NCBI GenBank assembly: GCA_000002445.1
Contig: CM000208.1
Coordinates: 1,120,001 to 1,184,000 of the forward strand
DNA from: Trypanosoma brucei
Taxonomy: Eukaryota
Reading direction: 5' to 3'
Length of the DNA stretch: 64,000 nucleotides
Part shown: positions 55,350 through 64,000 of the stretch, in pieces
Layout: each line of letters begins with the position of its first letter
Position numbering within the stretch: the first letter of the stretch is position 1
Made by a program: the position numbers and the translations under genes
The notes under the pieces: model-generated
Database searches by the model: none
The model's input: the letters and a program-made list of their open reading frames with translations, nothing else
What the model was told of the DNA's origin: nothing

Positions 55350-55893
55350 CAGTTTACGTGGTTCTTCCACAGGTATCGGTAAGGTTAAAGAAAATTAGAG
55401 GGTAATCGTCACCACATGTAAAGGAGGGAACGCCCCGAAGGGGTTAAACGTACAACGAACGCAAGAGAACAAAGGGGAGGTGAGGTGAGGAAATAAGTTA
55501 AACAAAAAGGAAACATCGAGAGTGTGAGAGAGGGATTCCAGGGAGAGAAGGGAGATGACAAAATTACTGAATAATTAACACGTGACGAATGGCGACAAAT
55601 GCATACTGGGAAGGTGTAAGCACATGTCTGCCAAGATAACTCGTGCATATGCGATGGTCGACAGAAACAAAAATCTCCTCCACACAAACCGCAGGCAAAA
55701 AAAAAAGAAGGGGAGAAGAGAGCGCCTACACGCCAAAATGCATGTGTCACACCGCTGATGTTCGGTCTTGTTGAAAGGAATCAACACGAACCCTATAAAC
55801 ACTTCTTTTTTCCTTTGTTTTATGATACAAAAAAATCCACCGTCCCCTTCCCCCGTTTCATACACTGTTTAGTAATATAACATCTACTGCGAC

Positions 55894-56535
55894 TTAACGA
55901 CGCATGCAAGAGTGAAGCATGTCTTTGAGACGTTCCAACTCTGACTCTAACTGACCATTGCGCACCTGTAATTTCTGCGAACGTGACTCTTCTAACAGTA
56001 GCTGCTTTCTAACCTGCTCTCGCCTTTGTGACAAGACATTGACTGATGAAAGAGCTTCCTGACGTTCCGCCTTAAGCCTCTGCTTCATTTCCGCTACAGC
56101 ATTCTTTAGCTCTTCACACTCCTGAGCCTTTTTCTCCAACTGGTGATGAAGCGACCGCTTCTCCGCCTTTACTACTGCTAGACGGTCCTCCCATGACTCA
56201 CATCCACGGCCGTGAGAACCATTTCGTATGGCTGAGAGCAACAGGAGCGCATCGGCCGAACAGCAATCGAACCCTGGAGAGAGATGCGGCACAAGTTCAC
56301 GCAGTTCGTATGTTAGTTTCAGTGAACGCTCATCCGCAGCCTGTACATCTGCAGCCACAGCGGTTACTCTCGCTTTGGGAGTACTTTCCTTTGGCCCCGA
56401 CGCATTCCCTACAGACCGCTGGTTAAGGAGTAGTGCGAAGTTCTCTTCAAGCCGGCGTAAGCGCTCCTCGTGCATATGATGATCTCCTGGGGCCTGTGGC
56501 TCGGGGAGATAATCATCGTTGTCACTAACAAACAT
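55894..56535 (-). CDS. Hypothetical coiled-coil protein (about 213 aa)
   Basis: The track ORF starts with TTG in a polyY tract. The first ATG is about 56535 (MFVSDNDDY…). The C-terminal half is heptad-rich (…LKAERQEALSSVNVLSQRREQVRKQLLLEESRSQKLQVRNGQLESELERLKDML…). Confidence 0.5.
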   Translation of the reverse strand: MFVSDNDDYLPEPQAPGDHHMHEERLRRLEENFALLLNQRSVGNASGPKESTPKARVTAVAADVQAADERSLKLTYELRELVPHLSPGFDCCSADALLLLSAIRNGSHGRGCESWEDRLAVVKAEKRSLHHQLEKKAQECEELKNAVAEMKQRLKAERQEALSSVNVLSQRREQVRKQLLLEESRSQKLQVRNGQLESELERLKDMLHSCMRR

Positions 56536-56900
56536 ATATCGAACAGAACAACTTGGCACTGCAACCCAAGTGCTGGAAAACAACAAAGATGAGAAAAGAA
56601 GAGTGGCAACACAGATGTGAACAGTTGTGTCTTTGAGGTAACAAAGCAACCGATTTTTCCTCGGAGAGATGACGATCGGCTAGCAACCGTCATGGAAGCA
56701 GCGGTTGCGACAAAAACGTAAAGGGTTTTGAGGAAGTAGCTACCCCACACTTTGATTTTATCTGGATCTCTTAGTGACCTTCGCATTATATGTCTTAATT
56801 AGGAACTTGCGTATGAATAATCCTATTTTGGCGCCATTGTTTCTCTCCTTTTCTCTTCTTCTTCCTTCCAATATTAAAAGAGGGGAGAAACGCACGAATG

Positions 56901-58367
56901 TTAGTTAGTATTGTGGGCATCCGGTGCCGGTCGCCTTCCCTGACGTGGGTTATCGAAATGCCTGTGGCGCGGGCGGCGTTGCGTCATGCGCTTGAAATAT
57001 TTTGACTCAATTGTGCGGTAGGACGACTTCTGCACCACGCATATGTTATCACCCTCAACCGTGCAATCAAGTGCTGCACGGACAACATATGTGCCAGAAT
57101 GCAGATCGGCGGAGACACCATCATGAACCAGTTGCCTGGAGGTCAGTTTCATGGCAAACAGCGGCACGAGTCCGTCGTTGACGTCTAAGACGGTTTTGAC
57201 GAGCTCTGTGGTTGTAGTTTGATACACACCAAGGTACACACGAAGTTTAATTGTGTCCTGTTGCTGCTTCACTGCACGAAGAAAAAGGCGGGCCTGAAGT
57301 TCCTTACCCTCCATACCCTTGCACACAGTTGGTGGCACGGGGGGTACAGCCAGAAACTTGGGGCTGCAGCGATCGAAGACGTCTCGAAACCGCTCCTCGT
57401 CACCGGTGGCAAGGAGCTCTTTATCATCTTCAAGGACCTGGAGCTTGCGGGAATCCATCAACCAGCTCAGATTGTCGGGTTGCGTGCCGCAAAGTATGCA
57501 GGAGACGACGTGCATGAAAGCGCAGTCCAATCGAACCCTTTCGGAGAACTTACGGCTACTCACCTTTGCCGAGAGGCTTTGTCGGAAAACCCTGCTAGCA
57601 TCGGCGTAACGCCGGAGCATGAGGTAGCTGAAACCCACATAATACATCAGTGACACGTTGGCAGGCGCTACCTCCGCCAAGATCTTCTTCCCACGACCAT
57701 AAATATCCAGTGGCTTCAGTACCGATAGAGCAGAGTTATAGTCTCCCAGAAGTACGTTGATTTTAGCTACGGTAATTATTCCAAAGAACCCAGACATCCA
57801 CCGAACGTGGTTTTCCCCTGATTTGGTGATATCGTCCGCCTTGTCGCTCTCCATAACCTCTTCAATACCCGACTCGCTGATGACCTTCTCCATCATTTGC
57901 ACAGCTTCAGTTACCGACCACTCTGCACCCTCAGCAAAACGCTTCTGATAAACCACCGTCATTTGGAACAGGAACTCGTCGAAAATATCCCAAAGGAACC
58001 AATTCGGAATATCACAACTCCCTGGAAGAGAGACAAAGAGGTCGCAGAAAGTCCTCCATGAAACCTTAGCATCCTCTGCCGTCACGTCACGATCGGTGAA
58101 GAGGTGCTTGAAGCACAGGAAGGAGTACAGCTTTCCAGCTGTGTCATTTCCAAAGCACTCGGCGACTTCCATCCTCTGCAGCACTGGCAAGGGGCGGAAC
58201 TCCCCCTGTTCGGCCGCATAGTACTTGCTCAAGTGGCTGGGGAAGATGTTCTCGTAAAGGTTGTGAAAACTGCTGATATCCCCTGTGTCCACGGCAGTGT
58301 TCAGAGAGTTGAAGAAGTTGAACATTTCATCGGGGATGTGCAACTTTGAATCAGGGTTCGACGCCAT
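56901..58367 (-). CDS. EIF3L: Eukaryotic translation initiation factor 3 subunit L (eIF3L)
   Basis: Matches the eIF3L PCI region: …NVSLMYYVGFSYLMLRRYADASRVFRQSL… against human …[24 protein letters not shown]…, and …FDRCSPKFLAVPPVP… against …FSYSCPKFLSPVVP…. ATG start. Confidence 0.8.
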   Translation of the reverse strand: MASNPDSKLHIPDEMFNFFNSLNTAVDTGDISSFHNLYENIFPSHLSKYYAAEQGEFRPLPVLQRMEVAECFGNDTAGKLYSFLCFKHLFTDRDVTAEDAKVSWRTFCDLFVSLPGSCDIPNWFLWDIFDEFLFQMTVVYQKRFAEGAEWSVTEAVQMMEKVISESGIEEVMESDKADDITKSGENHVRWMSGFFGIITVAKINVLLGDYNSALSVLKPLDIYGRGKKILAEVAPANVSLMYYVGFSYLMLRRYADASRVFRQSLSAKVSSRKFSERVRLDCAFMHVVSCILCGTQPDNLSWLMDSRKLQVLEDDKELLATGDEERFRDVFDRCSPKFLAVPPVPPTVCKGMEGKELQARLFLRAVKQQQDTIKLRVYLGVYQTTTTELVKTVLDVNDGLVPLFAMKLTSRQLVHDGVSADLHSGTYVVRAALDCTVEGDNICVVQKSSYRTIESKYFKRMTQRRPRHRHFDNPRQGRRPAPDAHNTN

Positions 58368-58549
58368 ATCTAGTAACTTTAACTTTGCGTCGTAATGGAA
58401 AGGTTATAAAGGGGAGAAGATATGATACACAAGATTCACCTCAACGCAGACGGAAACAATCAGATACCGCATGCGATATCCTCTACGTCGCATACACACC
58501 ATGAGTGCTCTTCATAAACAACACATCTGCAGCAAACAGCACCCACATA

Positions 58550-60844
58550 TCAACCTCTGACCGCGAGCCGATATGTGTTCTTGAGAGACTGTACCACATA
58601 CAACACAGCCTGAAGACTCCCCGAAAGAAGCATTTCATCCAGCAATGGAACGTCTAGCAGGATGCGCTTCTCCGTTTGCAGGTAAGAAATGCACTTACGT
58701 AAGTTCCGACGCTTCGCCGCCGCCGATTTTGCTTGCAATTCAATCGACTCCAGTTCCACGCACGGCCTCCGCTGGAGAGTTCGAATCAGATGCGCCAACA
58801 CAACACCGTCCGAGAACAGCACGGGATAATCCCGCAACCAAAGCGACCGACATGAAAACGAAAAGGACTGATCTGCAGCTACGTATCGAAAGTCGGATCC
58901 AAGAACTTCCGTGACCCACGTTCCTAGTTCCTCAACCTCTTCGGTAGCGTAATCCAACCCACTCAAAACAACAACCGGTGCAGGGGCCGCCGTCTGCGCA
59001 GTGGAGGCAACATTGTCCCCCACCTTCCTCCCTTTGGATCCCGCAGCAGCACAGCATGTAAGTGGAGAAGTGATAAGGCAACGCGCTACCCTTCGCTCTT
59101 GTGATTTCGACAGCCTGTGACCTGCACCCTGCCGCCTTTGCTCTTGTTGACGGGGTTGCACACATACTTCCAACTGCAGTTGTGGCGGTGGAGCAGTTGT
59201 AGAGGGTGCTGATGCAGTGGGAAAGTAGGGCGCGTCAGAATGTTTCGGAGGTTGGCGCCGTGGAGGAACGTCGGCAGCAAACCGCATGATATCCTCCAAG
59301 AGAAGCAAAATGTAGCACCTGTCACCGTGATACACCCGGTGAGCTTCATTCAAAAACAGGGAGCTCATCCGCGCGGGGCAATACCGATGAAGCTCATCGA
59401 ATGCCACCTTAATGTTGTCTATGCAGTTCGATTTTATCCGAGGATTTCTATGCACAGGGAGATGACTTCCTGTAACCTTATCAACGAGGTCACATAAGGC
59501 TGCACCGTTCGTCAGGAAAGGGAACACTGACGGAATGTAAAGGGAAGAAAAACTGTCCCTTCGTAAGCACCAGAGTCGTCGCTGTGGCGGCAAAAATGGG
59601 GCTTGTAGGGCCGGAGGAACTATGGCGTCATCAGGTGGTAAACGATGGGCAACGGGGTCAGGCAATATCTTCTGCAAATAAAGGAAGTCACACACTTCCC
59701 GCTCGAGCCTACGCATGGCACTCGGTTGGTACCCCACCGCAGTTGAGTCTACCTGCCACGTTAGTGAGGGTGAACTCCAGAGTTTTTCGCAGGTTGTCGG
59801 GAAACATGCCTCAATAATAACCCTCAACAGAGAAAAAAGAACCCGCGATTTGCCCTTGACAAGCACACTTTCAGGTTTTATAATTCGACACTCGTGGGGC
59901 ACAGAAACCCCTGACACCTTTCGCAAGTTTCGGAGCGTGCCCATAGCTGCGACATAGTTGAGGCGAACGTCATCAAGGCATTTAGGTGGCGCAACATGCA
60001 CAGGATTGAAGGTTTCCCCATTCCCATTGCTGAGGTGCAGGGCTGCGAGAAGAAGACGACGGAGCGCGCTTCCATTCAACACGGGATCGTTAATGGGCTC
60101 CTCAGATTCGCTAAGTTCGGCCTCCACAATATTTAGCCGCCGTAAGTAGTCACGAACCTTCAATTCGTCACTTCGGGTGACGTCGTCCACGTTCTCATGA
60201 ACGCTACCTGCGAGTTCAGCAGAGCAGTTGGTAAGGCTTTCAGAGCTATCATCGCTGCAGTCATCAGCATTATTTGGGCTGCAGTGTCGGGCTTCTTTCC
60301 TCACCGGTAACCCTTGCCGTTCCCCCGCAGGATTCTGCAATATCCTCTCGTCACCCTTTGAGGCGCCTTTATGGTTTACAGCTTTATTAAGAGGAAGTGT
60401 AGGAGGAGCCGCCGAAGCCGTGCATGGCTCAATCGCCGGTTGTTTGGGTCGGTGGCGAACCGCCCTCCCCTCATCACTACCCAACATGAGACTTGTCATT
60501 GGGGCGGTGGGTAATGGAAAGAAAAGTGCGCCTCCGCAGTACACACCACAAGATGACACGTAGCCTTTCAGTCGTTTACTGTCCGGTGACCCTTTGAGCA
60601 CTAAGCTACGGTTCGCGCGCAGTGACATGGTGCGCTCGGTATTGTCCCTTGTGTTTGCCGATTCTTTTATGTGACTTAAATCTACCCGCATCCGACCTAA
60701 TAAGCTGAGCGCTTCACGGACCAAAAGCTCCCTGCCGTCTCCATCCGCAGTGTTCCTTGGTTCAAAACCACAATTGTGTCTTCCACTTTCTCCCTCCGCA
60801 CCGCATTCTTGCGACGCAGCGCACGGAGACACACTGGCGCTCAT
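58550..60844 (-). CDS. Hypothetical protein (about 765 aa) with calponin-homology-like segments
   Basis: Segments …NGAALCDLVDKVTGSHLPVHRNPRIKSNCIDNIKVAFDEL… and …FSDGVVLAHLIRTLQRRPCVELESIE…NLRKCISYLQ… resemble CH-domain helices. The rest is low-complexity and Pro-rich. The track start is TTG; the first ATG is about 60844. Confidence 0.45.
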   Translation of the reverse strand: MSASVSPCAASQECGAEGESGRHNCGFEPRNTADGDGRELLVREALSLLGRMRVDLSHIKESANTRDNTERTMSLRANRSLVLKGSPDSKRLKGYVSSCGVYCGGALFFPLPTAPMTSLMLGSDEGRAVRHRPKQPAIEPCTASAAPPTLPLNKAVNHKGASKGDERILQNPAGERQGLPVRKEARHCSPNNADDCSDDSSESLTNCSAELAGSVHENVDDVTRSDELKVRDYLRRLNIVEAELSESEEPINDPVLNGSALRRLLLAALHLSNGNGETFNPVHVAPPKCLDDVRLNYVAAMGTLRNLRKVSGVSVPHECRIIKPESVLVKGKSRVLFSLLRVIIEACFPTTCEKLWSSPSLTWQVDSTAVGYQPSAMRRLEREVCDFLYLQKILPDPVAHRLPPDDAIVPPALQAPFLPPQRRLWCLRRDSFSSLYIPSVFPFLTNGAALCDLVDKVTGSHLPVHRNPRIKSNCIDNIKVAFDELHRYCPARMSSLFLNEAHRVYHGDRCYILLLLEDIMRFAADVPPRRQPPKHSDAPYFPTASAPSTTAPPPQLQLEVCVQPRQQEQRRQGAGHRLSKSQERRVARCLITSPLTCCAAAGSKGRKVGDNVASTAQTAAPAPVVVLSGLDYATEEVEELGTWVTEVLGSDFRYVAADQSFSFSCRSLWLRDYPVLFSDGVVLAHLIRTLQRRPCVELESIELQAKSAAAKRRNLRKCISYLQTEKRILLDVPLLDEMLLSGSLQAVLYVVQSLKNTYRLAVRG

Positions 60845-61168
60845 TGACTTCCTCACAAACGCCAACTATTTTCCCGATAGCATCCCTTCCCAGAAGGCGT
60901 ACGCAAGTAACATAACATGAAGGAAATTAGGGGGGGGGAATAAGTTCCAAAAAAAAAAGCAGTAGATCAAAGGCAGAAATTAAAAAAAAAACAGACCACC
61001 CGGTTGTAAGTGGCAGTAAAGGTGAGGAGTGGCATGTACATATTTGTCTAGATGGAAGTGAGCGATAGATGCACCTGTAAGGGTATCGCCCGCAGTGCAA
61101 ACCCTGTGGAATGCGCCAGGAGACTGCTTGCTTGCCACTTTCACATTTATAAAGATACTTTTAAAGAA

Positions 61169-61735
61169 TCAACCCTTCAACGATTTTTCACTGCTTCCCT
61201 CGCCGCCTCCATAATCCGACGAAGAAGATGATGATGATGTACTAGATGCCGCCTCGCTACCACTACGGCTACTACATTGACACTGGTTATCAAAGTTGTA
61301 TTCAAAGTGAGTTCCATTCTCCTCCGAATCAAGTGCTAACTGGTTGACGTTAAGTCGATCGCGCCTTACGAGTTTGCAGGTCGAGCAAAGCATCTTAGTG
61401 GAATCATGCAGCATGTGCTCACGAATCCGTTTCCTTAGGAATCGGTCCCTTTTGCGGCGTTCCTCCACTGAGAGCATCTCCTTTGGCTTCATAGTGGCGA
61501 TAGTGTCTGGTCCTAAACTCAACAACTCGCCGTCCAAACCCTTTAAGTTGGCTAGTAGACCCATCAGTTGGTCACGAAAAGCTTCTTTATCCCTACAAGT
61601 GGAGCACATCTTGTCCACTATTCCCCTGGCAAACGTCATGGCACTAACGGGTTCACTTCTGAACTCTTCCATCTTCTGCAGCAGTGCAGACAGTTGGGAT
61701 GTAGCCTTTTCCCGCATTGCCTCTGATGCAGCCAT
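61169..61735 (-). CDS. Hypothetical protein (188 aa) with a C-terminal Ser-rich tail
   Basis: ATG-initiated ORF on the array strand. Possible Cys cluster (CSTC…CSTC…CQC). No recognisable domain. Confidence 0.45.
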   Translation of the reverse strand: MAASEAMREKATSQLSALLQKMEEFRSEPVSAMTFARGIVDKMCSTCRDKEAFRDQLMGLLANLKGLDGELLSLGPDTIATMKPKEMLSVEERRKRDRFLRKRIREHMLHDSTKMLCSTCKLVRRDRLNVNQLALDSEENGTHFEYNFDNQCQCSSRSGSEAASSTSSSSSSSDYGGGEGSSEKSLKG

Positions 61736-62080
61736 CCTCTATGAGAGTTCGGTTTTGTAAAAAAAAAAATCAAAAAAAAATAACTACAAAAGTGACTGAT
61801 TTACTAATCGTAAAATCATTTTGACAGTGCGCGTGGCAAAGGGTTCATTGATAGAGAGAGAGAACAATCCGACTTAAACCGACAACTGAGGTGCGGAAGC
61901 ACAGGTACTTCCAACCAAGGCCAAAAAGCACCACATCAGCGCTGAGTTTACTACTATCCGCGGGACACCACCGCTGTAATCAACGTCAGTGAGTAGGGGA
62001 CGCAAGTTAATACAATAGTATCAGGCAACCAAATAATAAACGCTCTTCGAAACAGCTCCATAGCGAGGTTTATGACAACA

Positions 62081-62995
62081 TCATGTGTCCTCAGTGTTGG
62101 GAGCGGCAGCCATGTCGCCTTGAGGGGACTCGGCAAGGGGAGGTGGCTCCACAGGTGCGAGTGCAGACCTTTCACGCACAGCAGTGACAATTACACGGCA
62201 CACCAAAAGTCCAAATACCACCCACATTGCATGGTATAGGAACCTATATGGAGATACCCATTCACCAAAGAAGTAGTACATGAACGCCTGGGAAAAATCA
62301 GTGAAGGCTCTGGGGTTCATGACATGTTGATTTTGGGGAGGTTTCACTCCAGCCGGCGGGGTCAAGAAGGGATTTTCCCAGTCGAACTTTACGGAAGAAG
62401 ACTTCTTGCTCGCTTCATGGAACTTCTCCCTGTGGCGACGCCGTATCACTGCCGCTATTTTGCTGTGTTCGTATGCCACTCTTTGGGGAAACTTGAAGAA
62501 GCAATCTCTGCTATAGGACGTCACAACTATCGTGACACCCTCTGGCACAAATCCAACGTCATCACACAGTAGATAGGTCGCGAGAACTTCGTTAATGGTA
62601 GTAGGCCAATGGATCAACGTGTCCACAACATGGCTCAGGCGATTATGAACAGCGCGCGTCAAAGGATGATATCTGCCATAATCGTGCTCTATTTCGCCAT
62701 CAAGCTCTTCCAATAACACGTTCATTATTTCGTCAAGCTTTTTGGAGTCGTTCTTTTCGTCAGCTACCCAATAGAAGGGCGAGGGCGTGTAACCCTTAAG
62801 TTTCGATTTGAGATCTCCCTTTTCTAACAGGAGTTTGACGGCTGCGACGTCTCGCGATATGATGGCCTCATGCAAGGCTTCTACGGCCACATCTACGCTT
62901 TCCACACCAACCGCCACGGAGGTCACTACCGACAACGAAGCAACAGCAATAATGACGGTTAGTGGCAGACTTGCCATGCGTGGTATGTGCAACAT
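62081..62995 (-). CDS. Hypothetical membrane protein (signal peptide + C-terminal transmembrane segment)
   Basis: The track ORF starts with GTG at 63157. ATG candidates lie around 62977-62995 (MLHIPRMASLPLTVIIAVASLSVV…), followed by a signal-like hydrophobic segment. A C-terminal transmembrane segment (…FLYHAMWVVFGLLVCRVIVTAV…) is present. Confidence 0.5.
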   Translation of the reverse strand: MLHIPRMASLPLTVIIAVASLSVVTSVAVGVESVDVAVEALHEAIISRDVAAVKLLLEKGDLKSKLKGYTPSPFYWVADEKNDSKKLDEIMNVLLEELDGEIEHDYGRYHPLTRAVHNRLSHVVDTLIHWPTTINEVLATYLLCDDVGFVPEGVTIVVTSYSRDCFFKFPQRVAYEHSKIAAVIRRRHREKFHEASKKSSSVKFDWENPFLTPPAGVKPPQNQHVMNPRAFTDFSQAFMYYFFGEWVSPYRFLYHAMWVVFGLLVCRVIVTAVRERSALAPVEPPPLAESPQGDMAAAPNTEDT

Positions 62996-63254
62996 ATTGA
63001 AAAAGTAACACTCTATTCCCCTTCTCACACACACGGACACACACCTCACAAAAAAAAACACAAAATCAGGCAGAGCAACGAAGCAAACAAAGAAGGGTTC
63101 AGACAAGGCAGGTTCTACATCAGAAACCGGGGAAACAGGTCTAATCTTGTCCGACACGAAAAGTTTTTTTTTTTGTGCGTGTGTGTTAGGTACAGGAAAA
63201 AAAAAAGTATAAAACCCAATACGCTTCCACCTCCCTCAATTAACGCTGGAACAA

Positions 63255-63977
63255 CTAACGCTTTCCAAGTGGGTGCTCTGGGTCGCGAGCAATCGCCGGA
63301 CTGCAACCCAGGGCGGTTCCGGACCCACCCAACGCCGTGATCAAGCGCACCAGCAATTCGCACATGACGAATGCGGTGACTCCCCACACCAGCTCTCCAG
63401 GAAAGTTGTTGGGTAAAAGTGGCTCGTGGCCACCATCCTCCTGCGACAACTGGAGAAGTCCAGGTGAAGGAGAGACTGGATCACAGTACCTCGCCTGAGA
63501 CGGGCTAGTAAAAAAACACGGGAAGTGGAGGGGCACCCCAGACGAACTAGGAAGGTACTTGAGCAAACGGCAATGTGTCTGTTTGCTATTAAGCAACAAC
63601 GGCGAGAGATGCAAGTAATGAATGGAGTCAACCTCATGAGGGCTGTGGCAGAGGGGCGTTACTGAATATTGGGTGACTGCGACAATAGGGGTAACGTGTG
63701 ACTTGCCGCTGAGGGGAGCCAATGGACGCAGGGGCCCAAGAATTTCGTATAGTGAACTGTCGATACCAATTTCCTCAGCTGTCTCGCGTTGTGCTGCTGC
63801 TGCTGCCTGTTCTTCACCATCTAGACGACCACCAGGAAACGACATTTCACCCTTGTGGTGACGAAGATGAGGTGTCCGCTTAGTAAGTGTGACACACATC
63901 TCTTGAAACGTGTTTGGCGGCATACCAGCGGCAGGTGAGAGTAAAACAAGCACGGCACTCTCGCGTTTATCTCCCAC
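63255..63977 (-). CDS. Nudix hydrolase (CoA-diphosphatase/NUDT7-like); 5' end probably beyond the window edge
   Basis: Nudix box …GEMSFPGGRLDGEEQAAAAAQRETAEEIGI… (the GX5EX7REUXEEXGU pattern) preceded by the …AVLVLL… strand. The track start is GTG at 63977, so the reading frame probably continues upstream past 64000. Confidence 0.7.
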   Translation of the reverse strand: MGDKRESAVLVLLSPAAGMPPNTFQEMCVTLTKRTPHLRHHKGEMSFPGGRLDGEEQAAAAAQRETAEEIGIDSSLYEILGPLRPLAPLSGKSHVTPIVAVTQYSVTPLCHSPHEVDSIHYLHLSPLLLNSKQTHCRLLKYLPSSSGVPLHFPCFFTSPSQARYCDPVSPSPGLLQLSQEDGGHEPLLPNNFPGELVWGVTAFVMCELLVRLITALGGSGTALGCSPAIARDPEHPLGKR

Positions 63978-64000
63978 GGTGGGGGGCGTGTTCAGATGCG

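Noticed and set aside
27-64000. Implausible hydrophobic or odd N-terminal extensions on many track ORFs (for example 4396, 13703, 24045, 26471, 30171, 32093, 35419, 36837, 38469, 50404, 51205, 56649, 60865, 63157)
   Set aside because: The track seems to allow GTG/TTG starts and begins at the first such codon after a stop. The extensions are translations of the upstream polypyrimidine splice-acceptor tracts. True starts were placed at the first plausible in-frame ATG.

Overview
The window reads as kinetoplastid (Trypanosoma brucei-like) nuclear DNA, not prokaryotic. The evidence is long same-strand gene arrays with no operon-like spacing, polypyrimidine tracts plus AG upstream of every gene (trans-splice acceptor signals), a tandem pair of identical elongation factor 2 genes, and trypanosomatid-type proteins (a 324-aa cap guanine-N7 methyltransferase, a PUF protein, a DPM1 with a C-terminal transmembrane segment).

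Layout:
- Three plus-strand genes lie at 253-5580: prohibitin, a coiled-coil protein, and BCKDH E1 beta.
- A 6.7-kb stretch at 5581-12323 has no convincing ORF and looks like a convergent strand-switch (termination) region.
- A minus-strand polycistron of about 30 genes runs from 12324 to the window end.

Recognisable products: PUF RNA-binding protein, SAP-domain protein, TPR protein, leucine carboxyl methyltransferase, Rev1-like Y-family DNA polymerase, mRNA cap guanine-N7 methyltransferase, UBA/PUB protein, PFK2/FBPase2-like protein, ARPC3, two EF2 copies, a spermidine-synthase-fold protein, mitochondrial inner membrane protease (S26), SET-domain protein, DPM1, FKBP12, eIF3L and a Nudix hydrolase that is partial at the window edge.

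The most unusual element is a tandem pair of 1142-bp repeats at about 13668-15918. Each encodes a small secreted, probably GPI-anchored, Cys-containing protein. The two copies are nucleotide-identical except for a sharply bounded cassette of about 330 bp that encodes the mature N-terminal domain, a mosaic pattern suggesting diversifying selection or segmental gene conversion.

Caveat on the ORF track: it appears to accept GTG/TTG as starts. Many track ORFs begin with spurious N-terminal extensions that are translations of the upstream polypyrimidine tract. Feature starts below are moved to the first plausible in-frame ATG where I could work it out; these carry a few nucleotides of uncertainty.
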